Notes under the pieces: model-generated | What the model was told of the DNA's origin: nothing | The model's database searches: none | What the model saw: only the letters and a program-made list of their open reading frames with translations | Assembly: GCA_964035545.1 (NCBI GenBank) | Contig: OZ037767.1 | Span: 19,918,628 to 19,982,627, forward strand | Direction of reading: 5' to 3' | Length of the DNA: 64,000 nucleotides | DNA from: Bugula neritina | Taxonomy: Eukaryota; Animalia; Bryozoa | Shown here: in pieces, positions 1-10,495 of the stretch | How the letters are laid out: each line of letters starts with the position of its first letter | Position numbering within the stretch: the stretch's first letter is position 1 | Made by a program: the position numbers and the translations under genes

Positions 1-124
1 GTTTTTGTAATGTATAATTGTGTGTAAAATATACTCGTTCACTCGACTTATCCTGGTGCAGTTCTATAGTAACTAAATAGACTCTCTGGATAGCACATCA
101 ACCCTAAATCTGGAAATCATAACA
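1..124 (+). repeat. 5' LTR (3' part only)
   Basis: Identical to 7202-7325; ends ...TAACA just before the PBS. Confidence 0.95.
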
Positions 125-125
125 G

Positions 126-144
126 TGGTGGCAGCGGTGGGATT
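126..144 (+). promoter_or_regulatory. Primer binding site complementary to the 3' end of tRNA-Leu
   Basis: TGGTGGCAGCGGTGGGATT is the reverse complement of the tRNA-Leu(AAG/TAG) 3' end ...AATCCCACCGCTGCCACCA. Confidence 0.9.
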
Positions 145-155
145 GTGCATCCAAG

Positions 156-1109
156 ATGGAGACTGAAAATGCTGGAACTCAACCACCGGCAATCGAAGGT
201 GAGCGTAGAGACAATGCTGTAGAGACAATGCCTGTTAACCATGTAGTAGAAGAGCGAAGGGTTCCGCGAGAACTAGCTGAAGACCGCTACAGGTTAAAGG
301 CGCCCACCTTCACGGGTGAAGAGGAGGTGGAACAATTTATCCAAGAGTTTAGCGACGTAATGGACGTCGCTCAGTGGCCCCCTAGGGTGGCCTTGCTGAA
401 GCTTAGAATGGCATTGATGGACAAAGCCAAGCCCTACGGGCTGGGTGTAGACATTGATAATATCTTTGCTTCTCTGCGGGCCCGCTTTGGCCTCTCTGCT
501 ACAGATGCCAGGGCCCGATTGCAGAGGTTGCGGCGTGATCCCCGCACCCCGCTGCGGGAGCATGCCGCCGCGGTCATGAAGCTGGCACAGATCGCGTACA
601 GCGACTTGCCCCCAGTCAACCGCGAGAGGTACACCCTCGACGCTTTCATAGCATCTGTCGACGATCTGGGTCTCCACCACCAGTTTCTAGCTAGGGGAGT
701 CACCACCGTTGAAGATGCTCTGACTGAGGGGGAAGCTTACCTCCTAGCTAATCAAATGCATAAAAGTCGCGGAAGCTCCCGCCAAGTGGAGATAGACCGC
801 GCAGACACGGCCGCGGGACAAGGGGAGGAAACCCCCGCCGCGGCTGCCGTGTCCCAGTTGGCGACGGCATCAAAAGTCACTCAACTGACGGACATGCTAG
901 CCAAGCTGATAGCAACACTGACACCACAAAACCCAGTGAGTACCGCCCCTGAGCCCATGCGGCCATCGGCGCCGCCACAGGGAGAAACAGTCAGTTTTTG
1001 CTGGGAGTGCGGAAATCAAGGACATTTCCGCCGATATTGTCCCTTCCTAAATCAGGGGTTAAACTACCGCGGCCCGCAGATGTTCCCACCTTCCGCGGGC
1101 CGACGATGA
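156..1109 (+). CDS. gag: Gag with a single CCHC zinc knuckle
   Basis: 317 aa ORF; capsid-like region (PTFTG...FI..F); knuckle CWECGNQGHFRRYC. Confidence 0.92.
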   Translation: METENAGTQPPAIEGERRDNAVETMPVNHVVEERRVPRELAEDRYRLKAPTFTGEEEVEQFIQEFSDVMDVAQWPPRVALLKLRMALMDKAKPYGLGVDIDNIFASLRARFGLSATDARARLQRLRRDPRTPLREHAAAVMKLAQIAYSDLPPVNRERYTLDAFIASVDDLGLHHQFLARGVTTVEDALTEGEAYLLANQMHKSRGSSRQVEIDRADTAAGQGEETPAAAAVSQLATASKVTQLTDMLAKLIATLTPQNPVSTAPEPMRPSAPPQGETVSFCWECGNQGHFRRYCPFLNQGLNYRGPQMFPPSAGRR

Positions 1110-4100
1110 AACCTCCAGGGAAGAAGAAACGCAGGTCACCCAGACGGGTACCGCGTACTGGCAACCAACAGTGGCAACAGCCACGACGGACCAGCAAGGG
1201 GCTTCGCCCCGCAGCTGCCTTTTCTATGCCCCTTCACAACAGATTCACAGGGCTACAAGTCCAAGAATCTGGATGGGAGCCCACAAAGGTAGCTGAGAAT
1301 CTAGCCTCGGCACCCCCGAGGCCTACCTACCACCGCCCTAAGAGACCTCCTTCGCGACCCAAAGCGAGGGAGGTACTCCCTGCGAGAGTAAGGCCTGAAG
1401 GGAGAGTTCAGGTGCAGCCCCATGGGAACAGCTATTTCTTGCCCGGTAAACTGGAAGGCAAAGCTGTTACTTTCCTCATTGATTCGGGCTGTACCACAAA
1501 CCTCTTAAGCCGCCAACTCTTCGACACCCTCAGTACTAGGGTCAAGGGCGAGATGGAAGCATACGAAGGGGAATACGGCACCCTCGCTGACGGGTCGTGC
1601 CTTCCCTTCTATGGTATAATTGAGCTGACGGGACGAGTCCGTGATCAAACGATCCAAGAGACGTTCATCGTCAGTCAGCTCAAGGAGGATGCTATCCTCG
1701 GGATGCCGTTCCTTAAACGGCACGGATGTCACATAGATTTTAGCAGATCTGCAATGATGATGTCCGGGCGGGAACTCGCCTGCGTCGACAAGTTCGGCCG
1801 CCCTTTAGTGGGAGGTGTGCAAGTGGTACGCAACCGTATCATACCAGGCCGCTCCCGGGCTACCATTCACTGCAGGGTGAATAGTAGCCGGATCTCTGGA
1901 CTCGGGGTGGTTGAAGGCGCGCACGAAAAGATCCAACTTGCCAGCAGTCTGAATCAGCTGACTGAGCAAGGGGAGATCTTAGTGCAGTGTGTCAACCCCT
2001 TTACCGAGCCTATCAAGCTCCCGGCTGGGTCGATGCTGGGCCGTTTTCACTCTGTTCAGGAGGGAGACGTAGGCCCGTCGCTGGGTGATGCGACGGAGGC
2101 ACCCCCTCAGTGCCCTATTCAGGGACGGGGGGCAGTCCCAACACATCTCCGGGAGTTATACGAAACAGCCAGTGGCGGCTGCGCGAGTAACAAAGAACGC
2201 CAAGCTATGGCTAAGTTACTACGCGACTACGGTGATGTGTTCAGCAGCGGAGAGCATGACGTGGGACTGACTGGAATTGTCAGACACGAAATACCGCTGA
2301 CTGCAGGGACAGTCCCTGTCCGGCAGCCCACACGCAGGCTGGGGCCGGAGAAAGAGAAGGAGGTTAGCCGACAAGTACGAGATCTTCTGGACCGGGGACT
2401 GATAGAGCCCGCCCATAGTGCGTGGAGCTCGCCAGTCGTACTGGTCCGGAAGAAAGACGGCAGTTGGCGGTTCTGTGTGGACTACCGCAAACTCAATAGC
2501 GTAACCATACAGGACGCCTACCCTCTACCTCGTATTGACGAGTCATTGGACGCCCTAGCCGGCAGCAAGTACTTCAGTACGTTAGACTTGCTAAGCGGCT
2601 ATTGGCAGGTTCCTCTGAGTCCCGACGCCCAAGAGAAAGCGGCGTTTATCACACGGGACGGTTTGTGGAAGTGGAAGGTGCTGCCCTTCGGGTTAACCTC
2701 CGCCCCAGCCACCTTCCAGAGGCTGATGGAGCAAGTCCTTAGCGGACTCCATTGGAAGACACTGCTGGTCTACCTCGATGATGTCATCGTAATCTCTCCA
2801 GACTTTGAGACACATGTCAGTCGTCTGCAGGAGGTTTTCGAGAAACTCCGAGGTGCCGGTCTTAAGCTCAAACCTTCCAAGTGCGCTCTATTGCAGCCGG
2901 AGGTCAAGTATCTGGGGCACGTTGTCGGTCGAAACGGCGTGGCAACGGATCCCGAAAAGGTACGGGCAGTAGAAGACTGGGTCACCCCCAAGACTTGACC
3001 GGACTCCGGGCTTTCTTGGGGCTGGTAGGGTATTACAGGCAATACATACCAGACTTTGCGGGCATAGCCCAGCCGTTAAACCGGCTCACCGCAAAGGGGG
3101 TGACGTGGCAGTGGACTCCAGTCGAACAAGAAGCGTTCGACCGCCTCAAGGGCTGCCTACTAACGGCACCCATCTTGGCCTACCCAGACCCCACTCTGGA
3201 GTACATCCTGGACACGGACGCCAGTGACCAAAATGTTGGCGCTGTGCTGTCACAAGTGCAGGAAGGCCGAGAGGTAGTAGTAGCCTACTACAGCAAGTCT
3301 CTCTCACCCGCTGAACGAAATTACTGCACTACCCGCAAGGAGCTGCTGGCAGTAATCAAGTCAGTGAAGCACTTCAGACCATACCTATATGGCAGGAAGT
3401 TCCGGCTGCGTACGGATCATGCCTCGCTGATCTGGTTGTGCAGGAGAGCAGAGCCCTCTAGTCAGGTCGCCCGGTGGCTCGAAATCCTAGCTGAATTCTC
3501 ATACCGGATCGAACATCGACCGGGCAAGAGACACAGCAATGCGGATGGGTTGAGTCGCCGACCTGACGGAGGTTGCAAACAGTGTCTCAACATCGAGAGG
3601 AGGGATGGAGGTCCCCCGCGATGCGAGTTGGAGACGCTGGCTCATCACGGAGCACCGTTTGACTGGGATCAAGGTCAACTCAGGCAAAGAGTTGATGAGT
3701 CCCCGGAGGATGTACAAAACCTCCGCGCCAACCCTGTACTGGCCGGTAATGTTCGAGAGCTGAAGAAGCTCCAAGAAGAGCTGCCTGGAGTCGTGGCAGA
3801 CATATACCGGGCCAAAAGGGAAGGGCGACGACCCAGCGAGGAACGCATACGACAGGGATGCGCCGAGTTCCGGCTATACTGTCAGCGTTGGGACTCGCTG
3901 CGGATCGGGCAGGATGGGTTGCTAACCATCTCTCTAGCTGCCAGCGGCAGACACCCGGAAAGGAAGAGGGTAGTCTGCCCCACAGCCATCCGCCGTGAGT
4001 TGATTTGGGATACTCACAAGCAGGCCCACGCAGGGGTCAAGCGAGTGATATCCAAATTACGACTCCGGTGGTATTGGCCACAAATGGAGCGTGATGTCCG

Positions 4101-5629
4101 ACTCAGAGTCAAACAGTGTGAGATCTGCCAGGCCAGTAAGCATAGCCGCCCCCCTGGTGAAGCAGGACGGCGGAGGCTATACGCTGGTAGGCCCTGGCAA
4201 GTAGTCGCTGTAGACCTGGTCGGACCCATGCCCCTGACCCCCAGAGGCAATAATTGGATCCTAGTACTAACCGACCACTTTACTAGGTGGGCGGATGCTC
4301 TGGCTATCCCAGATGCATCAGCCCCAACAGTGGCCAGGGCGCTAGACCAACATGTATTCTGTTATTTTGGGCTCCCCGAACAGATACACTCTGATCAAGG
4401 CGCTCAATTCCAGTCTCAACTGATGAGCGACCTTTGCCGCCTCTGGGGAGTAAATCAGAGCAGGACCACCCCCTACCACCCTCAAGGTAACGGGGTGGTG
4501 GAGCGCAACAACCGGATGCTAGGTGATGCACTCCGAAGTCTCTTCCTTGGACGAGGTCAAGAGGAATGGGATACGGTATTGCCGCAAGTCATGCGTGCAT
4601 ACCGTAGCACCCCACACACCAGTACTGGTGAGACCCCAAACCTCTTGATGCTCGGGAGAGAGACTCGTGTCCCTGACCATCTCACCTATCACGTTCCAGA
4701 GCAAGACAACTCGGTTCACGAGTATGCCAGTGAACTAGTGGAACGGATGAAGGCCGCACACGATATACTGCGTCAACAGCAGTGGAAGGTGCGGCACGAA
4801 GATTCCGATGAACCACCTCTCTATCAAACGGGAGATAAGGTGTGGATGGTCAATTACCGTAGGCGTCGCGGACAGGCTGATAAACTGAAGCCTAAGTTCG
4901 TAGGCCCCTACGTGGTCGTCGAGGCTATGCCCAATCATACGTACAAGATTGAGCGCTCAGGACAGGTGTCTATCCAGAATGAGTCTCGCTTGAAACCGTA
5001 TTGGGCTAGCCCCGACGGAGTGGGAGAAGCCCCCCTCGTTGTTAGAGCCCAGGAGGCAGACAACGACGCGCGGGCGACGGCGGCATGGACCTGAATACGA
5101 AGTGGTCATACCGCGGGAAGAAAACTTGGTGAGGGAGGAGCGGCAGCTTTTGTCAACAGAAGCGTGTCCGCCACCGCCAAGTCTAATTCCATCACTTCCA
5201 GAAACCGAGCCGGTTCTGGAAGTGCAAACCCCCACGGAGGGAGGGGCTCCATCCGGAGAACAAGAAGAGGTGACCGCTAACGGTGAAGTAGAGACGCCAT
5301 TAGAGGCCCCTACTAACGAACCGGCAAGCGTGTCATCCCCCCTAGAAAGGGGACAGCGTACGAGGCAACCCCCCGCATACTTGAAGGACTTCGTATGTGA
5401 CTGCGTTAAAAGCGGCACACATGAAAGTCTAGGGGAAAACCGTACGAGAAAAGAATCGAGCAAATGTGGGAGTTGTCAACACCACGGAAATATCAACTTT
5501 TGTATCGGCGGAAATAGAAACAAAATTCATCCGCCGGGTGCACAAAGTCTTAATCACGCACCCCAACCACGTTGCTCGATCTTTTCATACGCTGATGCAG
5601 TCAGGAGTAGACGTGTTTCTAAGCAGTAG
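998..5629 (+). pseudogene. pol: Pol polyprotein (protease, RT, RNase H, integrase), split by single-base frameshifts near 2985-2990 and 5030-5035
   Basis: LIDSG protease; YLDD RT; LDTDAS RNase H; HKQAH...CEIC and DDE integrase; GPY motif; C-terminal RTRQPPAYLKDFV motif in the 5039-5629 ORF. Both breaks fall in C homopolymers. Confidence 0.9.
1058..1122 (+). promoter_or_regulatory. Putative -1 ribosomal frameshift signal (G_TTA_AAC plus stem-loop or pseudoknot)
   Basis: Heptamer is in gag frame at 1058-1064; stem CGGCCCGC(1070-1077)/GCGGGCCG(1095-1102) starts 5 nt downstream; pol is in the -1 frame. Confidence 0.75.
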
Positions 5630-5943
5630 TTCAAACCATTTCACACATTCAGTATGTCTTACGACAACAGATCGTGGGGTGAGTTAACTATATCTTAATA
5701 CGAAACTAGATTGCATCGCTCAGCTCTGACTCACCGAGTCAATCGAGCTGGAGATAGGCTAGTGAAATACCGTAGTAAGAACTCAGTTTGACTTAGAGAT
5801 TTTTATAATCTCATTGCAATACGTGTTCTATCTGACTATTCACTACCATTAATCTCTACGAGGTAACTGAATTAGGAGTTGCCAAGCTGCTCAAGCTGAC
5901 AACACAGCAGTGTACTGTATTAACACTGTTGAAACTTTTTCAG

Positions 5944-6731
5944 ATTACACTCGACCCGCTACAACCAGGGTACGGGATAGAACACTTCCCGCTCCGTATC
6001 CGGAGGAGTATGCTAGTGGTGACAGGCCTGAGCCACTACGCCGCCGTTGGCGGTGGGTGTCTCCACAAACAGAGGAAGAAATAGAAACGGCCTGGGGGTC
6101 CAGAGGACGGACGAGATGCCAGATCTGTGGTGAAGATTGCGCCTCTCACCGCTCCCTTAAACTACACGTCAATGCTCATCTCCTACTAACATTCTGCCCC
6201 TGCGGGTACAATGATGTGTATCCCTACCCCGTCACCAGACACCGAGCGGCGGGCTGTTTCCCTGGAGAAAACTATGTGGTCGACGCTAAGCTGTACCCGG
6301 AGTTCCTCACACTTATACGACCTCTGGTGAAGAAGGCCATGCTATTAGCCGTTCTGTCCTCGGGGTTCCAACGTGTGTTAGACAACGCCCGCCAACAATC
6401 CCCGTTGGTGTCTGACCGCCCTCAAATTACATACACCCCCGAGGAAACTACACATCCAGAAGAAGGAGAGATCTCCCCTACCCCGGCGAAGAGACGAACC
6501 AGGTCCCCCAGTCCACCCTTACGCCGCAGACGGACACCGTCCCCAGACCCAGTACGACTAGCCACAGTAGAAGAACGCCTCCTACGACTACAAGAAGAGT
6601 TCACCCAGCTGGCACCAGATCTACTTAACACTACAACAGGACTCTTCCAGCTAAAAGGATCCGTATGCCGTATGAAACGGAAACTGCGTACATGCCAAGC
6701 CAAGCACCGACGTGCCCAACAAGGACTCTAG
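5944..6731 (+). CDS. Retrotransposon ORF3, spliced: C2H2 zinc finger, RS/P-rich basic tract and coiled coil; not Env-like
   Basis: Acceptor ttttttcag at 5943; CQIC-x12-HVNAH; second CPC...H-x4-C; heptad leucines near the C-terminus; lies between pol and the 3' LTR. Confidence 0.75.
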
Positions 6732-7020
6732 TTAGACTACCCGGAGTACTCCAACTCCGCCTCTTGGGAGAGGCCAAGATGTCATGTAAATGTTTGACTG
6801 CTTAGCAGGTTATCCCCTGCCTAACACCACAGCTAGCTAGTATTCCTCGTCTATCTACAGCTGGCCAATTGTATGCAACGGATCGTTATAATGACTCTGC
6901 CTATTATTATGTCTCTTCCTGTATATTATGTATTATTTTGTCCACTGATGTATGCAATTACTATTGAATGTTTTTTTATATATATATATCAGAAAGATGG
7001 CTTTCTGCTGGTGGGGGCGG

Positions 7021-7325
7021 TGTGGTGGTTCGTGGAACTACCAGCAGCACAACATGTAGGGTCGCGTAATTGACCCGGAACAATGGATAGCCAGTTAGCA
7101 TAGTTGATAGTTAGCAGCAATTGTAGTTTCCCGCTGCTAACTCAGTCGAAGCTAGAGTGTGAAATAGATTAGATGTGTAACTTGTTTGGAAATAATGTAT
7201 CGTTTTTGTAATGTATAATTGTGTGTAAAATATACTCGTTCACTCGACTTATCCTGGTGCAGTTCTATAGTAACTAAATAGACTCTCTGGATAGCACATC
7301 AACCCTAAATCTGGAAATCATAACA
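7021..7325 (+). repeat. 3' LTR (305 bp, TG...CA)
   Basis: Starts TGTGG after the G-rich tract GGTGGGGGCGG (7010-7020) and ends TAACA; last 124 bp match the window start. Confidence 0.93.
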
Positions 7326-8167
7326 ATAGTATAAGAATAAGTATGTTCATAGTTATGCCTACTGAATTATAGTATCAAAGTCAATAGGCCTAAGGCAAAT
7401 GATAAAGTCTTTAGACTTATAATGAATAATCTAATCACAGCTGTATTAATAATAAAAAAATTTATAGCTTCTACTTTTACATGAAATATCCACTGAAATC
7501 CAGTTATTAGAGCTTAGTTTAATAGAATGTAGGTTCCAGCCACTGGGTCAGCCTGTTTTGAATATAATGATGGCCTAGGCTAGAGTATTCAAATTAATTT
7601 TAAGTCCAGTTGATCAAACAAATTATAAATCGATTCATGTAATTTTCAATTTTATTACAGGTACGAATTCTATTTTAAAAGAATTTTTAAAAGAATATGT
7701 ATGCTCTCTTTAAAAGTTTGCCTACAATTAATAGAAATTATTAAATAAAAGTACAGGAATATTGCTTTAGCAGTTGAAAATGAACTTTTTTTTCAATTTC
7801 AGCTTTTTTGAATTAATAATAGTTATTCAACTTTTATGCGCAATTTGAATGGAAAGAATATTTTTGTTCAGTGATTTCTTAAAAAGACCTTTAGAAAAAA
7901 GGAACATTTTTTAAAAGCTGGTGCAAGTTACTACTAATATTGGCAATGGTGAAAAGACTGCAAACTGTGCAATGACTAATTAAACTATTGCGATTCTTAG
8001 AAAATTGAAAACAAATGTAGTGAAGCTTCTCGTGCAAATGTATTTTATTCTTTAAGTCTACAAAACTATTCGTTGAAATCAGCTGTCTTTAAAGTTTTTT
8101 CAAACTTTTGGGTAAATAAATTAAAAGAATGTTTCAAAGAAATGAATAGGCCAGCAAACATGTGATC

Positions 8168-10182
8168 TTATCGGGTCATTAAGTATCCCATAGAGAAGGC
8201 AGCAAGGAAAGCTCCTGTGCTGATGGCTATAGACTGTGCTCCAGGCATTCGGTTACACAAGCTTAGTTTCTTCACTTCATCTACCGGAGGCAGCTTTACC
8301 TGCAAGGGGATTTCTAAATGTGTTCAATGTTGCTTGCTTAGACAAGAAGGATGGAACACAGTTTATGTGACTTTCACTAATGTTAGAAAAAAACATATTT
8401 TGTATGCAAACGCACTAGCTTAAAGTTGTAGTAAGAATTAAAGCTAGCAGATCTTTGGTTTTCTCAATCAAAACTCAAAATTATTGAATTGATGAAATTA
8501 TTTAATATAATAATAGTTTCACCTTACAGATGCTATTACTGACAACAAATTTGTTTCAACTAACCAACTTTTTATCACTTGCCGCCGATCTCCATACCTC
8601 AATAGTTCATTGTAGAGTTATAAAAACTCGGCAATTCGTAGTTTGCTATTAAATGTTGCTGCCATCTACTAGCAATGGCAAAGTGTTCACAACTCTATGT
8701 ATTTAAAAAGTGTTTCCATATCTTACCCAGCCCCCAGAGGCTGATATCCACTCCTCAAACATGTTGTACTTGAAATAATCTTCACACCAATCAGCGATAC
8801 ACGCCACTATGCAAGGCTGTTCTGTCGCTACAGCTTTTTCCGCAAGTCTTGCTGTGAACACAATTGCCTGAAAAATCCCAAAAAACTGGTTTAAACTATT
8901 CTTATATAATAAAACAGATTTAAAATACTATTACTATAGCTATAGTTTTTATTTTTATAGCCTATTTAAATTATCTATGCTATGCTGTAAACAATAAATT
9001 CATTACCAAGGTTCAATAGTTTGAAAAAAATTGCGTGTAAAGCAGTATTTTCACCCATTCTTTCATTGTTTGCCACTTTTAGGTTAAAACTTCAACTTAA
9101 CCACCAATGAGTTACTCACAATGGCTAATCGACCCCACGTTAGTTTCCTGTCTCTGAACAACTCATTCAACCAGGCAAAGTAGTGAGGTCTGGCGTCCCT
9201 ATGACTCAGTCGTATGCACTTAACTGACGAGTCGAGAAACATCTTGTTGGTATGTTCTGAATCAATTCTATTTCCTACCAAAATAGCGCTAACACTTTAT
9301 TATATAATATGATTTCACTTTATTGACCTTATTCATAGAAAACTTGTTGCATTATGTGTCACATGGCTAGTTACCCAAATCAGCTATCACTTTTCCTGGA
9401 AGAGAGGTTGTTAGTGGCCCCACATTTTCAAACAACTGCTGTATTACCTTGTCCTCGTAAGCATCAATATCATATCCTGCATTTTGTAACCTATGGTTTA
9501 TAAAGTACACAACTAAAAGTAAAAAATGTGTAATGCTTTGTATAAAGTCATTGATGGTTTGCACACAGTGTTTTATATTGTTTGCTTTTGAGGGTCATTA
9601 CCTAAAAGTAAAGCTCTGAGTGTTACTGCTTTATTAAAAAACTTGAATTTAAATCTCATTGCTTCCCAAAGTCATTTACATTATGGTTACTCCTGTTTTA
9701 TTTTCTGTTTTGATAATTGAACATATTTTGGTTGTGCTTTTGGCCATCTATACATTCTCACTAGTTTAATTTTACAAACTTATGTCTGATTATATTCAAA
9801 GACACAATAATGGTTATAGTCCTTTACTCATGTGTACTTAACCATTACATATATACATTTAATCATATGTAGTGTATACATTCAATCATTACTTGTATCA
9901 TATGTAGTGCATGCACCTAATCATCACCTATACTGTATGTAATGTAGGTACTTAGTCAGTATCTATATGGTATATAGTGTAAGTACCTAATTGTTACCTG
10001 TATCGTATGTAGTGGAGGAGTAATTCTTTTGTTTCAACTGTAGCTGGGGTATCGCAACTCCTTGGTTTCTGGTCTGAAGCGGATTGTAGAGCCAGGGCCC
10101 ATTTCAAGTGGTACTGTTTCATACACTGACCGCCAACGTCTGCGGTGTCAACTTCAAGTTGATTATTCTGGCAAGCAGCCAT
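8168..10182 (-). CDS. Bcl-2 family protein, paralog B (~242 aa); exons 10182-9998, 9490-9375, 9274-9120, 8867-8727, 8299-8168
   Basis: BH4-like ETKELLLHYIRYRL; BH1 ELFRDRKLTWGRLAI; BH2 EEWISASGGW; hydrophobic C-terminal tail; GT-AG introns with consistent phases. Confidence 0.88.
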
Positions 10183-10495
10183 TTTAGTATGCGTGTTAAC
10201 TTATTTTGTATTAAAACATGTGAAGAATGTGAATTATTTCAATTAGTTTTTAAACTATATTTTATAAGGTTTGTTTTCAAAGATATGCTTGGTTGTTTTA
10301 TATTTTTCTTTCTGCAATTTTACATACTTTGCCTTGATAAAACTTTTGACACTTCAATTGTATATTTTATATTGGCCGAGCTTGACTTTAAATTTTTAGT
10401 AATTAATAAGGAGGTATTGCAAGTGAATATTAAAATAAGTTTATTTGTATTAATGAAAAATATAAACAATAAATTGCCATGATTTGAACAAAATT

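Larger units (their letters stand above)
1..7325 (+). mobile_element. Ty3/Gypsy LTR retrotransposon; 5' LTR truncated by the window edge
   Basis: Positions 1-124 are identical to 7202-7325. Order is gag, PR-RT-RH-IN. PBS follows the 5' LTR and a G-rich tract precedes the 3' LTR. Confidence 0.97.

Noticed and set aside
5910-6731. env gene
   Set aside because: No signal peptide or transmembrane anchor.
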